From: Wolbachia endosymbiont of Drosophila innubila
GTDB lineage: Bacteria > Pseudomonadota > Alphaproteobacteria > Rickettsiales > Anaplasmataceae
Direction: 5' to 3'
Assembly (NCBI RefSeq): GCF_021378375.1
Contig: NZ_CP076228.1
Location: 660,001-692,000, forward strand
DNA: 32,000 nt
This document shows positions 16,257 to 26,140 of this stretch, piece by piece. Under the pieces are notes generated by a model that was not told the DNA's origin, made no database searches, and saw only the letters and a program-made list of their open reading frames with translations. Every line of letters starts with the position of its first letter. Position 1 is the first letter of the stretch. The position numbers and the translations under genes were made by a program.

Positions 16257-16727
16257 TTAAACCGAAAAACTGTTACCACAGCCACATTGAGACTTAGCAA
16301 AGGCATTCTTTATTTGAAAACCAGAACCACTAAGATCCTCAGTATAATCTATAACTGAGTTATTTAAAAATTTTGCTGAACAATTATCAACCATTAATAC
16401 AGGGTTTCCATTTTCATCATTAATTACTATATCTTTACCTTTTTTGCTAAAACTGGAGTGGCTTCTATAGTCCTCACTTTCTTCATAGTCATCATCTTCG
16501 TCTTCGTCATCAAACTCATCATCGTAATCATCGTCTTCATCATCCAAAGATAGATTTTTATTCATTTGATCCATAAGAAAATTGTATTTGAAGCCAGAAC
16601 ATCCACCACCTGAAACTGCAACCCGTAAAATGGAACTCTTATCCCCTTCCTGCTCTGCAAGAGAGTGGATTTTTTTTAGTGCATTATCAGTTAAGTTGAT
16701 GTTGTAATTTGTTGACATAGTAACCAT
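16257..16727 (-). CDS. A-type Fe-S cluster carrier (IscA/ErpA/HesB family) with an acidic insertion
   Basis: LTDNALKKI, VAVSGGGCSGFKYNF, then a D/E-rich stretch, then DNCSAKFLNNSVIDYTEDLSGSGFQIKNAFAKSQCGCGNSFSV. Confidence 0.92.
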   Translation of the reverse strand: MVTMSTNYNINLTDNALKKIHSLAEQEGDKSSILRVAVSGGGCSGFKYNFLMDQMNKNLSLDDEDDDYDDEFDDEDEDDDYEESEDYRSHSSFSKKGKDIVINDENGNPVLMVDNCSAKFLNNSVIDYTEDLSGSGFQIKNAFAKSQCGCGNSFSV

Positions 16728-16765
16728 CGTTTATTATTGATAACTTATTATAGTAGAAATTTTAC

Positions 16766-17965
16766 ATGTCAAACAATAACTTTCTATTAAATTATGCATG
16801 TTTTCCAAGCAAAACAAAAGGGAGATACTTCAAAGAGCCAGAAGATGAGAATCGCAGCTGCTTTCAGCGTGATAGGGACCGTATCATTCACTCTAATGCG
16901 TTTAGAAAATTGGAGTACAAAACACAAGTTTTTATCAATTATGAGCACGACTACTATCGCACTCGGCTTACTCATAGCCTTGAAGTTGCACAAATTGCAA
17001 GGTCCATTGCGCGTAGACTTGGCTTAAATGAGGATATCACTGAATGCATAGCGCTCGCACATGATCTTGGTCATCCTCCATTTGGTCATGCAGGTGAAGA
17101 TGCTCTAAAGAAATCAGTTCAAGATTTGAATCTTGATAACGAGAAGTATGAGTTTGATCATAATGTTCAAGCTATAAGGATTTTAACTTACCTCGAACAA
17201 AAACATGCTGATTTTGATGGTATGAATCTAAGTTGGGAGGTGATTGAAGGAGTTGCAAAACATAACGGTCCCTTGCTTGGTCAAAACGCGGAGTCTTCTA
17301 CAAATAATCAGCTGTTATTAGAATACAACAAAAAATATGATCTAAAACTTGAAGAATTTTCAAGCATTGAAGCGCAAATTGCTTCAATTGCCGATGATAT
17401 TGCTTACAGTGTTCACGATCTTGATGATGCACTCAGGGCGAATTTAGTAACCATCGAAGATTTGCTGAATGTTCCTTTAATTGAAAAAATGTTTAAAGAC
17501 ATAAGGAGCAGATATTCAGAATTGCCTCAGAGCAAACTCATACATGAATCACTGAGTGGAACTATAGGAACTATGATAAGTGATGTTGTTTCTCAGACTG
17601 AAAGAAATATTGAAGATCACAAAATAAAAAGCGTAGAAGACGTAAGAAGTCTAAATAAAATGCTAGTCACATTTTCACCAGAAGTTGCGAATGCTACAAA
17701 AGAAATGAAAAGATTCAACATGGAGAAAATATACAGAAGCTATAAACTGAGTAGAACGATGAACAAAGCAAAACGCATAATACAGGAACTCTTTCAATGT
17801 TTTTATGAAAACCCAGGATTACTTCCCACAGAGTGGAGCAAACTCGCTTGTGAATCTCAGCGTTCAGTAATAATATGTGACTATATCTCAGGTATGACAG
17901 ATAGATTTGCTATACACGAGCACAGAAGAATTTTTGATACCTCATACGAAATGACTTCTTTCTAA
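16766..17965 (+). CDS. Deoxyguanosinetriphosphate triphosphohydrolase-like protein
   Basis: RDRDRIIHSNAFRKLEYKTQVF, RTRLTHSLEVAQIARSIAR, ALAHDLGHPPFGHAGE (HD domain), DDIAYSVHDLDDALR. Confidence 0.94.
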   Translation: MSNNNFLLNYACFPSKTKGRYFKEPEDENRSCFQRDRDRIIHSNAFRKLEYKTQVFINYEHDYYRTRLTHSLEVAQIARSIARRLGLNEDITECIALAHDLGHPPFGHAGEDALKKSVQDLNLDNEKYEFDHNVQAIRILTYLEQKHADFDGMNLSWEVIEGVAKHNGPLLGQNAESSTNNQLLLEYNKKYDLKLEEFSSIEAQIASIADDIAYSVHDLDDALRANLVTIEDLLNVPLIEKMFKDIRSRYSELPQSKLIHESLSGTIGTMISDVVSQTERNIEDHKIKSVEDVRSLNKMLVTFSPEVANATKEMKRFNMEKIYRSYKLSRTMNKAKRIIQELFQCFYENPGLLPTEWSKLACESQRSVIICDYISGMTDRFAIHEHRRIFDTSYEMTSF

Positions 17966-19047
17966 TGACTGATGATCATTTCATGTCAATTGCATTAAGG
18001 CTTGCAGAAAAAAATCTTGGAAATGTTGCACCAAATCCTGCTGTCGGGTGTATTATTGTAAAGGATGGTACAATTGTTAGTGAGGGATACACAGGGATTG
18101 GTGGGCGTCCGCATGCGGAGGTAGTCGCTTTGCAAAACGCTAAAGATTCAACTCATGGCGCAACTATATATATCACTCTTGAGCCATGTTGTCATCACGG
18201 AGTCACGGGGCCTTGCACTGCAAAAATCATAAAAGCTAGCATAAAAAGAGTAGTAATTGCAACTATTGACCCAGATAGTAGAGTTTCAGGCAGAGGCATG
18301 AAAGCTCTGAAAGAAGCAGGAATTGAAGTTGAGCAAGGTATTATGCAAAAAGAGGCAAAAGAACTGAATGTCGGTTTTTTCACCACTAAAGAATTACATA
18401 GACCATTTATAGCTTGCAAAGTCGCAACAACTCTTGACGGAAAAATCGCAACATTTACAGGCGATAGCAAATGGATAACAAGTGAAAATACGAGAAACTG
18501 GGTGCATGAGCTCAGAACGAAATATGATGCAATTATGATTGGCAGCAATACTCTTATTAATGATGATCCACTCTTAACTTGCAGATTACCAGGACTCGGA
18601 AGTAGATCGCCAATAAGGCTAATTATAGATAGTCAAGGGAGATTAAAGGAAGAGCATAACATTGCAAAGACTGCAGACAAAGTAATAACTTGGGTCATCA
18701 CAAATAAAGAAGTAGAGAAAAAAATAAAAAACATTAACTACTTAGTAGTTAATTCAAGCAACGCAGGTAAGGTTTGCCTAAAGGACATGGCATTAAAACT
18801 TGTTTCAGAAATTGGTATAACAAGATTATTAGTTGAAGGTGGAGGAGTGTTAATCACAGAACTATTAAAGTGTAATTTAATCGACAGGTTGATAATATGC
18901 CGCAGTGGTAAAATTTTAGGCAATGATGCCACTCCTTTTGTAGGAGATTTAGGGATTCAATTCATTAACAACTGTTATCAGTTTAAAAAAACAAAGATAA
19001 TAGAGTTTAGTGAGGATATAGTTGAGGTTTGGGATAGGTTGTCATAA
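17965..19047 (+). CDS. ribD: Riboflavin biosynthesis deaminase/reductase RibD
   Basis: GNVAPNPAVGCIIV, GGRPHAEVVAL, TLEPCCHHGVTGPCTAKII, then reductase domain KVATTLDGKIATFTGDSKWITSE and EGGGVLITELL. Overlaps the previous stop by 1 nt (TAATG). Confidence 0.95.
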   Translation: MTDDHFMSIALRLAEKNLGNVAPNPAVGCIIVKDGTIVSEGYTGIGGRPHAEVVALQNAKDSTHGATIYITLEPCCHHGVTGPCTAKIIKASIKRVVIATIDPDSRVSGRGMKALKEAGIEVEQGIMQKEAKELNVGFFTTKELHRPFIACKVATTLDGKIATFTGDSKWITSENTRNWVHELRTKYDAIMIGSNTLINDDPLLTCRLPGLGSRSPIRLIIDSQGRLKEEHNIAKTADKVITWVITNKEVEKKIKNINYLVVNSSNAGKVCLKDMALKLVSEIGITRLLVEGGGVLITELLKCNLIDRLIICRSGKILGNDATPFVGDLGIQFINNCYQFKKTKIIEFSEDIVEVWDRLS

Positions 19048-19076
19048 TCCTTACATACTCAAACAGTAAAAAAAAG

Positions 19077-20518
19077 GTATCCGTTCAGCGGAGCGGTAAA
19101 ATAAAAAGTAGACAAGGAGTGCTAAAAACATAATATCACAAGTAGTATGTGTGGTAAATATGTCTGATCTACTAGCTAGTCTTCTCAAGCTCTGTGAAAG
19201 CTTTAAAATAGAGATAGAGCAACTAAAAGCAGAGATAAAGAGGTTAGAGATAGAAAACGAAAATTTTAGATCTGAGAATAAGGCGCTAAGAATCGAAAAT
19301 GCTGAATTGAAAGAAAGACTAGGTCTGAATTCACAAAATTCATCGATACCGAGCTCAAAAGAGTTATACAAGCTAAAGAAGAAAAAGAAAAAAAGTGACA
19401 GGAAAATAGGGGCACAGATTGGGCATGAAGGAAAGTATCGCCCTAAAATGGAAGCAGATGAAGTGGTGAAAATAGAGTTCTTGCGAGTGCGGAGGAGAAA
19501 TTGCGATATCGAAAGAGCCATACATTCATCAAAAAGTTGATTTGCCAGCTTATGTTGTGGAATACCAATGGCCGCTGTTGCAAGTGTGGAAAAAGAAAAA
19601 GTAGCAGGCTACCAGAAGGTGTTACTGCGGATACATTTGGTCCAAAAGTTAAGTCAACAATTGCGGCGCTGAGCGGATTTTACAAGAACTCGAAAAGAGA
19701 AGTAGCAAATATTATAAAAAATATTTTCAACCTGGGCATCAGTGTTGGTAGCGTGTCAAATAGCGAGGCTAGAGTTGCAGAAAAATGCCAAGAAGCATAT
19801 GAGCAAATCGAGCAAGAAGTAAGTAAAAGTGAAGTTCTGCATATCGATGAAACGAGCCGTTATAACAAAGGTAAACTTGGTTGGTGCTGGATGTTTGCCA
19901 GTAATACAGCAAGTTTTATAAAATTGACAGAGTCAAAAGGAATGAAGGTTTTACAAAATAGTAAGTTCTGCAATCGCAATAGCTTACGACAGGTACGCAG
20001 CATACAACTACTTTGCCGATAAGAATAGGCAAATCTGTTGGGCACATTTATCAAGAGATTTTGAAAGATTAGCACATAGTTGAAGTTAAAGTTCTGGGCT
20101 GTTACTTAAGAAACGTAGCCACTGAATTATTTGCACTAAAAAAGGCCTTGCTAAAAAATGAGATAGATGTTTTTAGATTTACCAGACGTGCCAGAAAATT
20201 GCGAAAACGTACAAGGTATTACTTGAAGCCGTTTACCTGAAGCAATTGGAGCTTCTCGAGTTGCAAAGAATATTTTGAAATCTGAAAGAATGATGTGGAA
20301 ATTTTTAGATGACCCAGAAAACATTCCGCTGACAAACAACCATGCTGAACAGCAGATACGGCATTATGTCGTTTATCGCAAAAATTCATATTTTACCCAA
20401 TCGAAGTGGGGAACTTGAACGGATAATTTCATTATACTTGACATGGAAACAAAGGGGTCTCAATCCTTTCCAAAACCTCTTATCTATCATCTCTCACACC
20501 GCTTAGCTGAACGGATAC
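19077..20518 (+). mobile_element. IS66-family element, degraded, about 1.44 kb
   Basis: End sequences GTATCCGTTCAGCGGAGCGGTA and CACCGCTTAGCTGAACGGATAC are imperfect inverted repeats. Interior carries IS66-type transposase fragments. Confidence 0.75.
19151..20458 (+). pseudogene. IS66-family transposase, frameshifted
   Basis: LGLNSQNSSIPSSKELYKLKKKKKKSDRKIGAQIGHEG; TADTFGPKVKSTIAALSGFYKNSKREVANIIKNIFNLGISVGSVSN; VLHIDETSRYNKGKLGWCWMFASNT; ENIPLTNNHAEQQIRHYVVYRKNSYF. Confidence 0.88.
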
Positions 20519-20540
20519 AACCCAAGAAAGGTTTTTCTAC

Positions 20541-20594
20541 GTCATACCGCCGCGGTATCTCAGCATAGATTCCGCTAACGAGTAGCGGAATGAC
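20541..20594. repeat. Palindromic repeat unit GTCATACCGC...GCGGAATGAC
   Basis: gtcataccgccgcggtatctcagcatagattccgctaacgagtagcggaatgac; near-identical to 24596..24650. Confidence 0.85.
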
Positions 20595-20652
20595 GAATTT
20601 GTTGTTTTTCAAATTGTAGGTAAACCTAAGCCACTTTAGCTATATAGGATTA

Positions 20653-21330
20653 CTACGATGGATTTTTAAGATAGTTTATGGCCTTCTTAATATCTTCAGC
20701 CTTGAATATCGCCGATCCCGCAACTAAAATATCTGCACCTGCTTTTATTATATCAGCTGCGTTAAAAAAGTTAATTCCACCATCTACTGAAATTTGTGTT
20801 TTAAGGTTACGCTCTTGTATCATTTTTTTTATAGTAGATATCTTGTTCAACTGTGAATGAATGAATTCCTGCCCTCCAAAGCCAGGGTTGACTGTCATAA
20901 TCAGCACAATATCTAGCTCATGTATTATATATTCAAGCACACTTGGAGAAGTTGAAGGAACAATTGAAACTCCAACTTGAATCGGTTTTTTTTCGTCGTT
21001 TACATTTTTGTATGACTTTATCTTTCTTATCAACCTCTCAAGGTGTGTCTCTGCTTCTGCATGTACAGTGATAATATCAGCACCAGCATTTATAAAGCTT
21101 TCAATGTGGTTACCAGGAGATTTGACCATTAAATGCACATCAAAAGGAAGATTGCTATATTTACGTATTGCAGAAACAACGCTAGGACCAATTGTAATAT
21201 TTGGAACGAAATTCCCATCCATAACGTCTATGTGTATGTAATCCACACCTAAATCGCTAATTTTTCTTACTTCTTCCCCTAATTTTGCAAAATCTGCTGA
21301 AAGTATAGAAGGTGCAATTTTAATACTCAT
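20653..21330 (-). CDS. rpe: Ribulose-phosphate 3-epimerase
   Basis: IKIAPSILSADFAKLGEEV, YIHIDVMDGNFVPNITIGP, DVHLMV, VLIMTVNPGFGGQEFI, SVDGGINFFNA, LVAGSAIF. Confidence 0.96.
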   Translation of the reverse strand: MSIKIAPSILSADFAKLGEEVRKISDLGVDYIHIDVMDGNFVPNITIGPSVVSAIRKYSNLPFDVHLMVKSPGNHIESFINAGADIITVHAEAETHLERLIRKIKSYKNVNDEKKPIQVGVSIVPSTSPSVLEYIIHELDIVLIMTVNPGFGGQEFIHSQLNKISTIKKMIQERNLKTQISVDGGINFFNAADIIKAGADILVAGSAIFKAEDIKKAINYLKNPS

Positions 21331-21424
21331 GAGCTGCCTTTTTTGCTAAAAAATAACTTATTTTCAAAACTCTGTCACCCTAAGCACCATCTGAGTAGCT
21401 AGAGACCGATATCGGTATGCCTAT

Positions 21425-21853
21425 TTAACTAGATCTTAAATTAGATAAAAAAAGGTAGTCTTGATAAAACTTATTTACAGCAAGTTTTTTTACATTTGGA
21501 CTTTCTGTTTGTTCTTTTTTGTACCCTAATTTATAGCTTATTGAATCCTTGTATAAATTGATCGTTTTGTATGCTTTGTTCATCTCTCTAGGAAAGATGC
21601 CGTTAGCAATTACGACGCATAACCCTGTAGCTGTTGCAAAAGCTAGAGTGGTAAATGCTAGATTTTGTAAAAAATTCCTTCCACTAACTTTTTTTTCCTG
21701 TATATTAGCAGAGTGCGATTTGTTTGACACTTCTTCTAGATATTCATGCCATATGTGATTGCAGTTCGTACATTTTACCTTTCTTCCAGACGCGCCAATT
21801 TGCTTAGGAGATACCAAGTAAGTTTTAGTACAACTATTACATTGTATTTTCAT
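21425..21853 (-). CDS. MJ0042-type zinc-ribbon, single-pass membrane protein
   Basis: Likely start MKIQCNSCTKTYLVSPKQIGASGRKVKCTNCNHIWHEY (two CxxC knuckles) at 21853, then hydrophobic segment LAFTTLAFATATGLCVVIANGIF. The ORF track start at 22207 overlaps dapD and is unlikely. Confidence 0.8.
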   Translation of the reverse strand: MKIQCNSCTKTYLVSPKQIGASGRKVKCTNCNHIWHEYLEEVSNKSHSANIQEKKVSGRNFLQNLAFTTLAFATATGLCVVIANGIFPREMNKAYKTINLYKDSISYKLGYKKEQTESPNVKKLAVNKFYQDYLFLSNLRSS

Positions 21854-21926
21854 AGCACTTACATATAAGTAGTAACAAGCCCAAATGATACGAGCTACAA
21901 ATTTAATATCAATATATATATAACAA

Positions 21927-22757
21927 ATGGAAGGTTTGCAACTAAAAAAAACACAGAGTGAGATAAAAGATATTTGGAAAAATAGAGAAAAATTTAATGA
22001 CTGTAATCTAAAGAAAACAGCAAGAATAGCAATTAAAGAGGTAATTGAGCTCCTTGATAGTGGCAAAATTAGAGTAGCAGAAAAGCTATCAAGTGGAGAA
22101 TGGGTAGTACATAAGTGGATAAAGCAAGCAATATTATTACATTTTCTCACCGAAGAAAATAAAATAATAGATAATACCAATTGCTGGTTTGATAAGATCG
22201 GTAACAAGTTTAGTGAATGGAATGAGGAGAAATTTCGCCGGTTAAAAATTAGAGCAGTTCCTGGGTGTTTTGTTCGCCGATCTGCTTATATAGGTACAAA
22301 TGTTGTTCTAATGCCAAGTTTTATCAACGTTGGTGCATATGTTGATTCAGGAACAATGATAGATACCTGGTCAACGATTGGTAGCTGTGCGCAAATAGGA
22401 AAAAACTGTCATATTTCTGGTGGAGTGGGAATAGGTGGAGTTCTTGAGCCTATTCAAGCTTCACCTGTCATTATAGAAGATAATTGCTTTATTGGAGCAC
22501 GTAGCGAAGTGGCCGAGGGTGTGGTAGTGAGAGAAGGATCAGTCCTTGGCATAGGCGTGTTTATTGGGGCATCAACAAAGATTATTGATAGAGAAACTAG
22601 CAAGGTATTTTACGGCGAAGTGCCACCTTATTCTGTAGTGGTACCAGGATCTATTCCATCTAAAAATAATATTTCAACCTATTGTGCAGTCATAGTAAAA
22701 AAAGTGGATGAAAAGACGAGATCGAAAATCTCTATAAATGAAATATTGAGGGATTAA
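21927..22757 (+). CDS. dapD: 2,3,4,5-tetrahydropyridine-2,6-dicarboxylate N-succinyltransferase
   Basis: [66 protein letters not shown] left-handed beta-helix hexapeptides. Confidence 0.96.
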   Translation: MEGLQLKKTQSEIKDIWKNREKFNDCNLKKTARIAIKEVIELLDSGKIRVAEKLSSGEWVVHKWIKQAILLHFLTEENKIIDNTNCWFDKIGNKFSEWNEEKFRRLKIRAVPGCFVRRSAYIGTNVVLMPSFINVGAYVDSGTMIDTWSTIGSCAQIGKNCHISGGVGIGGVLEPIQASPVIIEDNCFIGARSEVAEGVVVREGSVLGIGVFIGASTKIIDRETSKVFYGEVPPYSVVVPGSIPSKNNISTYCAVIVKKVDEKTRSKISINEILRD

Positions 22758-22763
22758 ACTATC

Positions 22764-23048
22764 TTACTCCTTGTCGTCACTTTTTTTATCATTATTACTA
22801 ACCACAGTAATGGCATACGCGCATAACTCTGAGAAAGAGACTCCATTTTCTTGAGATAGTTTATATAATTTTTGTAGACTTTCTTTTACTTTATTAGGGA
22901 TATTCCCTCCACGTTCTTTTACAAGCCAGGAATCTTGATGATGAATTGGATGAGCATCGCTTTTTGGATTTCCTATATATATTGCAAAAGGTGAACTTTG
23001 CCCTTTGAAGTCACATTGTACAGTAAATTTTTTTATAGATTCGGCCAT
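22764..23048 (-). CDS. Small conserved protein (resembles DUF2610)
   Basis: Compact intact 94-aa ORF MAESIKKFTVQCDFKGQSSPFAIYIGNPKSDAHPIHHQDSWLVKERGG..., abutting the next upstream gene. Confidence 0.72.
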   Translation of the reverse strand: MAESIKKFTVQCDFKGQSSPFAIYIGNPKSDAHPIHHQDSWLVKERGGNIPNKVKESLQKLYKLSQENGVSFSELCAYAITVVSNNDKKSDDKE

Positions 23049-23441
23049 TTAAAGACCTCTACTTTTCTTTTTGGTCGATTTTATAGCAGGTGGAAGAGGT
23101 GGTTTCTTTATAAAATCTTGTCTATTGACAACACTTTCTCTACCTTCCAAAGCTCGGCGAACATCAGCTCTGCTTAATTGCGACTCTTTTGCTACCTTCA
23201 TTCCATGCTTTGCCATAATATTAGCACATGCTAGTACTTTTTTTACCAATTCTAGATCACCATTTAGCATTTGAACTAGCACTTGAAACACTTCCGCTAA
23301 AGTTAGCCCATCAGCATTTATAACCTTGTTTTCTATAAAATTGACAGCTTCTTCAAATTTGTATTCAATACTATCATCTTGAGGTATAAGGGCAACATAA
23401 TCGGTGTTTTTGTCGTCCATAACTGAAGCACTATTACTCAC
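23049..23441 (-). CDS. Conserved hypothetical protein
   Basis: Intact 130-aa ORF directly abutting the downstream gene (23048/23049), consistent with one transcript. Confidence 0.6.
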   Translation of the reverse strand: MSNSASVMDDKNTDYVALIPQDDSIEYKFEEAVNFIENKVINADGLTLAEVFQVLVQMLNGDLELVKKVLACANIMAKHGMKVAKESQLSRADVRRALEGRESVVNRQDFIKKPPLPPAIKSTKKKSRGL

Positions 23442-23521
23442 AAACTTAAGTTTATACTATATATATAAATACTCTACTATTTTATATTATGGCACGCTAT
23501 AGTTAAACATTTATTAATAAC

Positions 23522-24571
23522 ATGCTCACTTATATACACGAATTAATTGACAAAAGTCAAGGATCAATATCCATCAGTGATTTCATGAATGCCGTTTTGT
23601 ACCATGAAAAATACGGCTATTATACAAGTAAATTACCGCTTGGTAAGGATGGTGATTTTACTACCGCACCTGAGATCAGCCAATTATTTGGTGAAGTAAT
23701 TGCAGTTTGGATAATGCATACATGGGAAAAATTAGGAAAGCCATCAAAATTTTCTCTAGTTGAACTTGGGCCAGGCAAAGGAACACTCATTCACGATATA
23801 ATAAGAGTCACTAAAAAATACAGCAGCTTTTTTAATTCAATGTTGATCCACTTAGTTGAAATAAGCCCTACTTTACGGAAGATACAAAAGGAAAAATTAA
23901 AAAGCTTAGATGTTAATTGGCACAAAAATATTGACAACCTACCAGAACAACCAACCATTTTTTTAGCAAATGAGTTCTTTGACGCTCTTCCGATAGATCA
24001 GTTTGTATATCATGATGAGGGGTGGTATGAAAATATGGTGACAAAACAAGATGATGGCAGTCTCTTGGTGTCATGCCAGTGCGTGACACTGGAATCCAGA
24101 AAAAAAGAATCATGGATTCCAGTGTCAGCTACTCAGATGACAAATGGAAAATTTTTTAATGGTGCAGTGGTGGAAATATGTTCAGTTGGGGTTGAAATAT
24201 TAAAAAAACTTGAGAAGAAGATATATAATAATAAAGGAGCTGCTTTGATTGTAGATTACGGTTATGTATACCCCGCATATAAGAGCACTTTGCAATCGAT
24301 AAAACAACATAAGTATGCTAATTTTCTTGAGAATGTTGGTAATAGTGATATTACCGCACTTGTGAACTTTCAAGCGTTAAGAGATCCATTAAAGCATGTA
24401 GATTGTGAGATTTTAACTCAAAGGGAATTTTTATATCTTTTTGGCATAAAAGAAAGAACCCAGGCTTTAATGAAAAGCGCAAGTGATGAACAAAAGAATA
24501 GGATCTTTAGTGAATTCTTAAGGTTGACTGAAAATATGGGCACTCTTTTTAAAGCAATGCTATTGATATAG
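23522..24571 (+). CDS. MidA/NDUFAF7-like SAM-dependent methyltransferase, containing an in-frame palindromic repeat
   Basis: MNAVLYHEKYGYYTSKLPLGKDGDFTTAPEISQLFGEVIAVWIM, VELGPGKGTLIHDII, FLANEFFDALPIDQF, GAALIVDYGYVYP, ILTQREFLYLFGI. Confidence 0.92.
   Translation: MLTYIHELIDKSQGSISISDFMNAVLYHEKYGYYTSKLPLGKDGDFTTAPEISQLFGEVIAVWIMHTWEKLGKPSKFSLVELGPGKGTLIHDIIRVTKKYSSFFNSMLIHLVEISPTLRKIQKEKLKSLDVNWHKNIDNLPEQPTIFLANEFFDALPIDQFVYHDEGWYENMVTKQDDGSLLVSCQCVTLESRKKESWIPVSATQMTNGKFFNGAVVEICSVGVEILKKLEKKIYNNKGAALIVDYGYVYPAYKSTLQSIKQHKYANFLENVGNSDITALVNFQALRDPLKHVDCEILTQREFLYLFGIKERTQALMKSASDEQKNRIFSEFLRLTENMGTLFKAMLLI
24071..24141 (+). repeat. Palindromic element inserted in frame within the MidA-like gene
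   Basis: gacactggaatcca (24085-24098) / tggattccagtgtc (24113-24126), a perfect 14-bp inverted repeat, flanked by tcatgccagtg and cagctactcagatgac as in intergenic copies. Confidence 0.85.
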
Positions 24572-24595
24572 CTAACCCAAGAAAGGTTCCCCTAC

Positions 24596-24722
24596 ATCAT
24601 ACCGCCGCGATATCTCAGCATAGATTCCGCTAACGAGTAGCGGAATGACGAGCTTATCGTCATGCCGCCGCGAACCGTCATACCGCTGCGGTATCTCAGC
24701 CGCTAATAAGTAGCGGGATGAC
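24596..24722. repeat. Two adjacent palindromic repeat units
   Basis: tcataccgccgcgatatctcagcatagattccgctaacgagtagcggaatgacg and gtcataccgctgcggtatctcagccgctaataagtagcgggatgac. Confidence 0.85.
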
Positions 24723-24763
24723 GGTTGTCTCCTAGCTGTCATCCCAGTACTGGTAGACTCAAA

Positions 24764-25284
24764 TCACAATGCTCGTATAGCTGCAACCCTGGAGGTACTG
24801 TTTCTCACCCACTGCAAATATTGCACGGTACTGTCCACTTGGTCGTCGTGGCGCGTTTCAGGAAACATTAAAATCTCATACTCAAAATCGTTCAGCCATA
24901 CTGCTTGATGTGGCAGAAAAACCTTGCCAGACTCTATAATCGGAACAATTTGATGAAATCGAGTGAGCTTGTCATCATGTGGCACTATTTCAATAATCGG
25001 TAAATCACTGTTTGTCTTTAGCTCTTGCACCAATTGTTGACCACTTGTTTTTGCTTCGATTAAAATTGCGTGTGGCGTCCATCTTGCAGCTAGTGACAAA
25101 ACCTGTTCTTTAAGCTTTGGATACTCAAGCTTTGCGCGATATACGTCGAGTAAATAGAATTTATTATCTATTTTTGCCCAGGTGGTGCAGACACTAAAGT
25201 TGCTCATGTTACTTGTTGAAACCGCAGTATCCCAACTTTGTGTTATATGCGAGAGATTATCAGGAAATTTTTTATAGCGTTTCA
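24764..25284 (-). pseudogene. Phage WO-like terminase large subunit, C-terminal part
   Basis: KRYKKFPDNLSHITQSWDTAVSTSNMSNFSVCTTWAKIDNKFYLLDVYRAKLEYPKLKEQVLSLAARW...EILMFPETRHDDQVDSTVQYLQW (nuclease domain); interrupted by IS5 at 25285. Confidence 0.87.
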
Positions 25285-25308
25285 GAGGTTGTTCGGAAAC
25301 TAGTAAAT

Positions 25309-25650
25309 TCAAGCATATTCCCTCTTTAACATAACCCTACTCATAGCTAGGTATATGAAATTCTCAGTGGATGTTGTGAGTAAATCATACTCCTTCGATA
25401 GCCTTCTATTCCTATTAACCCAAGCAAAAGTCCTTTCTACAACCCATCTTCTTGGCTGTACTTTAAACCCTTGTTCTCTTGTTGGTAGTAGCTCAGGTGG
25501 CGTATCTTTGTGCACCCAAAATCTACATGGAGGCCTTTTAACAATTTCAATATCTATGTCATATTCTTCCTTTATGTGATTCTTTAAATTTCTTCCTTGG
25601 TATCCCATGTCAGCCCACATTTTTTTAACTTTAGTATATTTTGTTCTCAT
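25309..25650 (-). pseudogene. IS5-family transposase ORF B, C-terminal segment (copy 2)
   Basis: [91 protein letters not shown]; the N-terminal part is cut off by frame changes near 25751-25766. Confidence 0.83.
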
Positions 25651-25777
25651 ATTGTTTAATGCTATTTTAATACCATCTCTATCATTTTCGTTAGCAGCGC
25701 CTACGTAACAACCTAGTATAAAACCCTGAGTGTCTGTAATTATATGCCTTTTTTCTACCCTTTACTTTTTACTTCCA

Positions 25778-26140
25778 TCATAGCCTTTGATCCCCCTTTT
25801 CTGTAGTCTTTACAGATTGACTATCTACTATACAGGCACTCGGCTGCTCATTCTTTCCTATTTTTCTTCTACTATATTTTGTAATTTCATAATTCATTTT
25901 CTCAAAAATTCCCTGCTTCTTCCATTGCCTGAACTGCTCATACACAGTCTTCCATAGCGGAAAATCATTTGGTAAATACCGCCATTGACACCCTGTACGC
26001 AATACATAGAAAATTGCTTCTAATATTTCTTTTTTGCTATACTTTGGCAGCCTTCCTCCTTTCTTGTATGATACTCTGAAGTGTTTTTCTATTCTTGCCC
26101 ATTCCCTTTCGCTTAGATCTGTTGGATACTTTTTTCTCAT
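25778..26140 (-). CDS. IS5-family transposase ORF A (copy 2)
   Basis: Same protein as 3165..3527. Confidence 0.88.
   Translation of the reverse strand: MRKKYPTDLSEREWARIEKHFRVSYKKGGRLPKYSKKEILEAIFYVLRTGCQWRYLPNDFPLWKTVYEQFRQWKKQGIFEKMNYEITKYSRRKIGKNEQPSACIVDSQSVKTTEKGDQRL

Noticed and set aside
19069-20526. Target-site duplication for the IS66 element
   Set aside because: Flanks aaaaaaag and aacccaag do not match, so no duplication could be supported; the element edges are approximate.
21854-22207. N-terminal extension of the zinc-ribbon ORF
   Set aside because: Overlaps dapD on the other strand and adds only Ile/Leu/Phe-rich sequence before the real CxxC domain, which begins at the Met at 21853.
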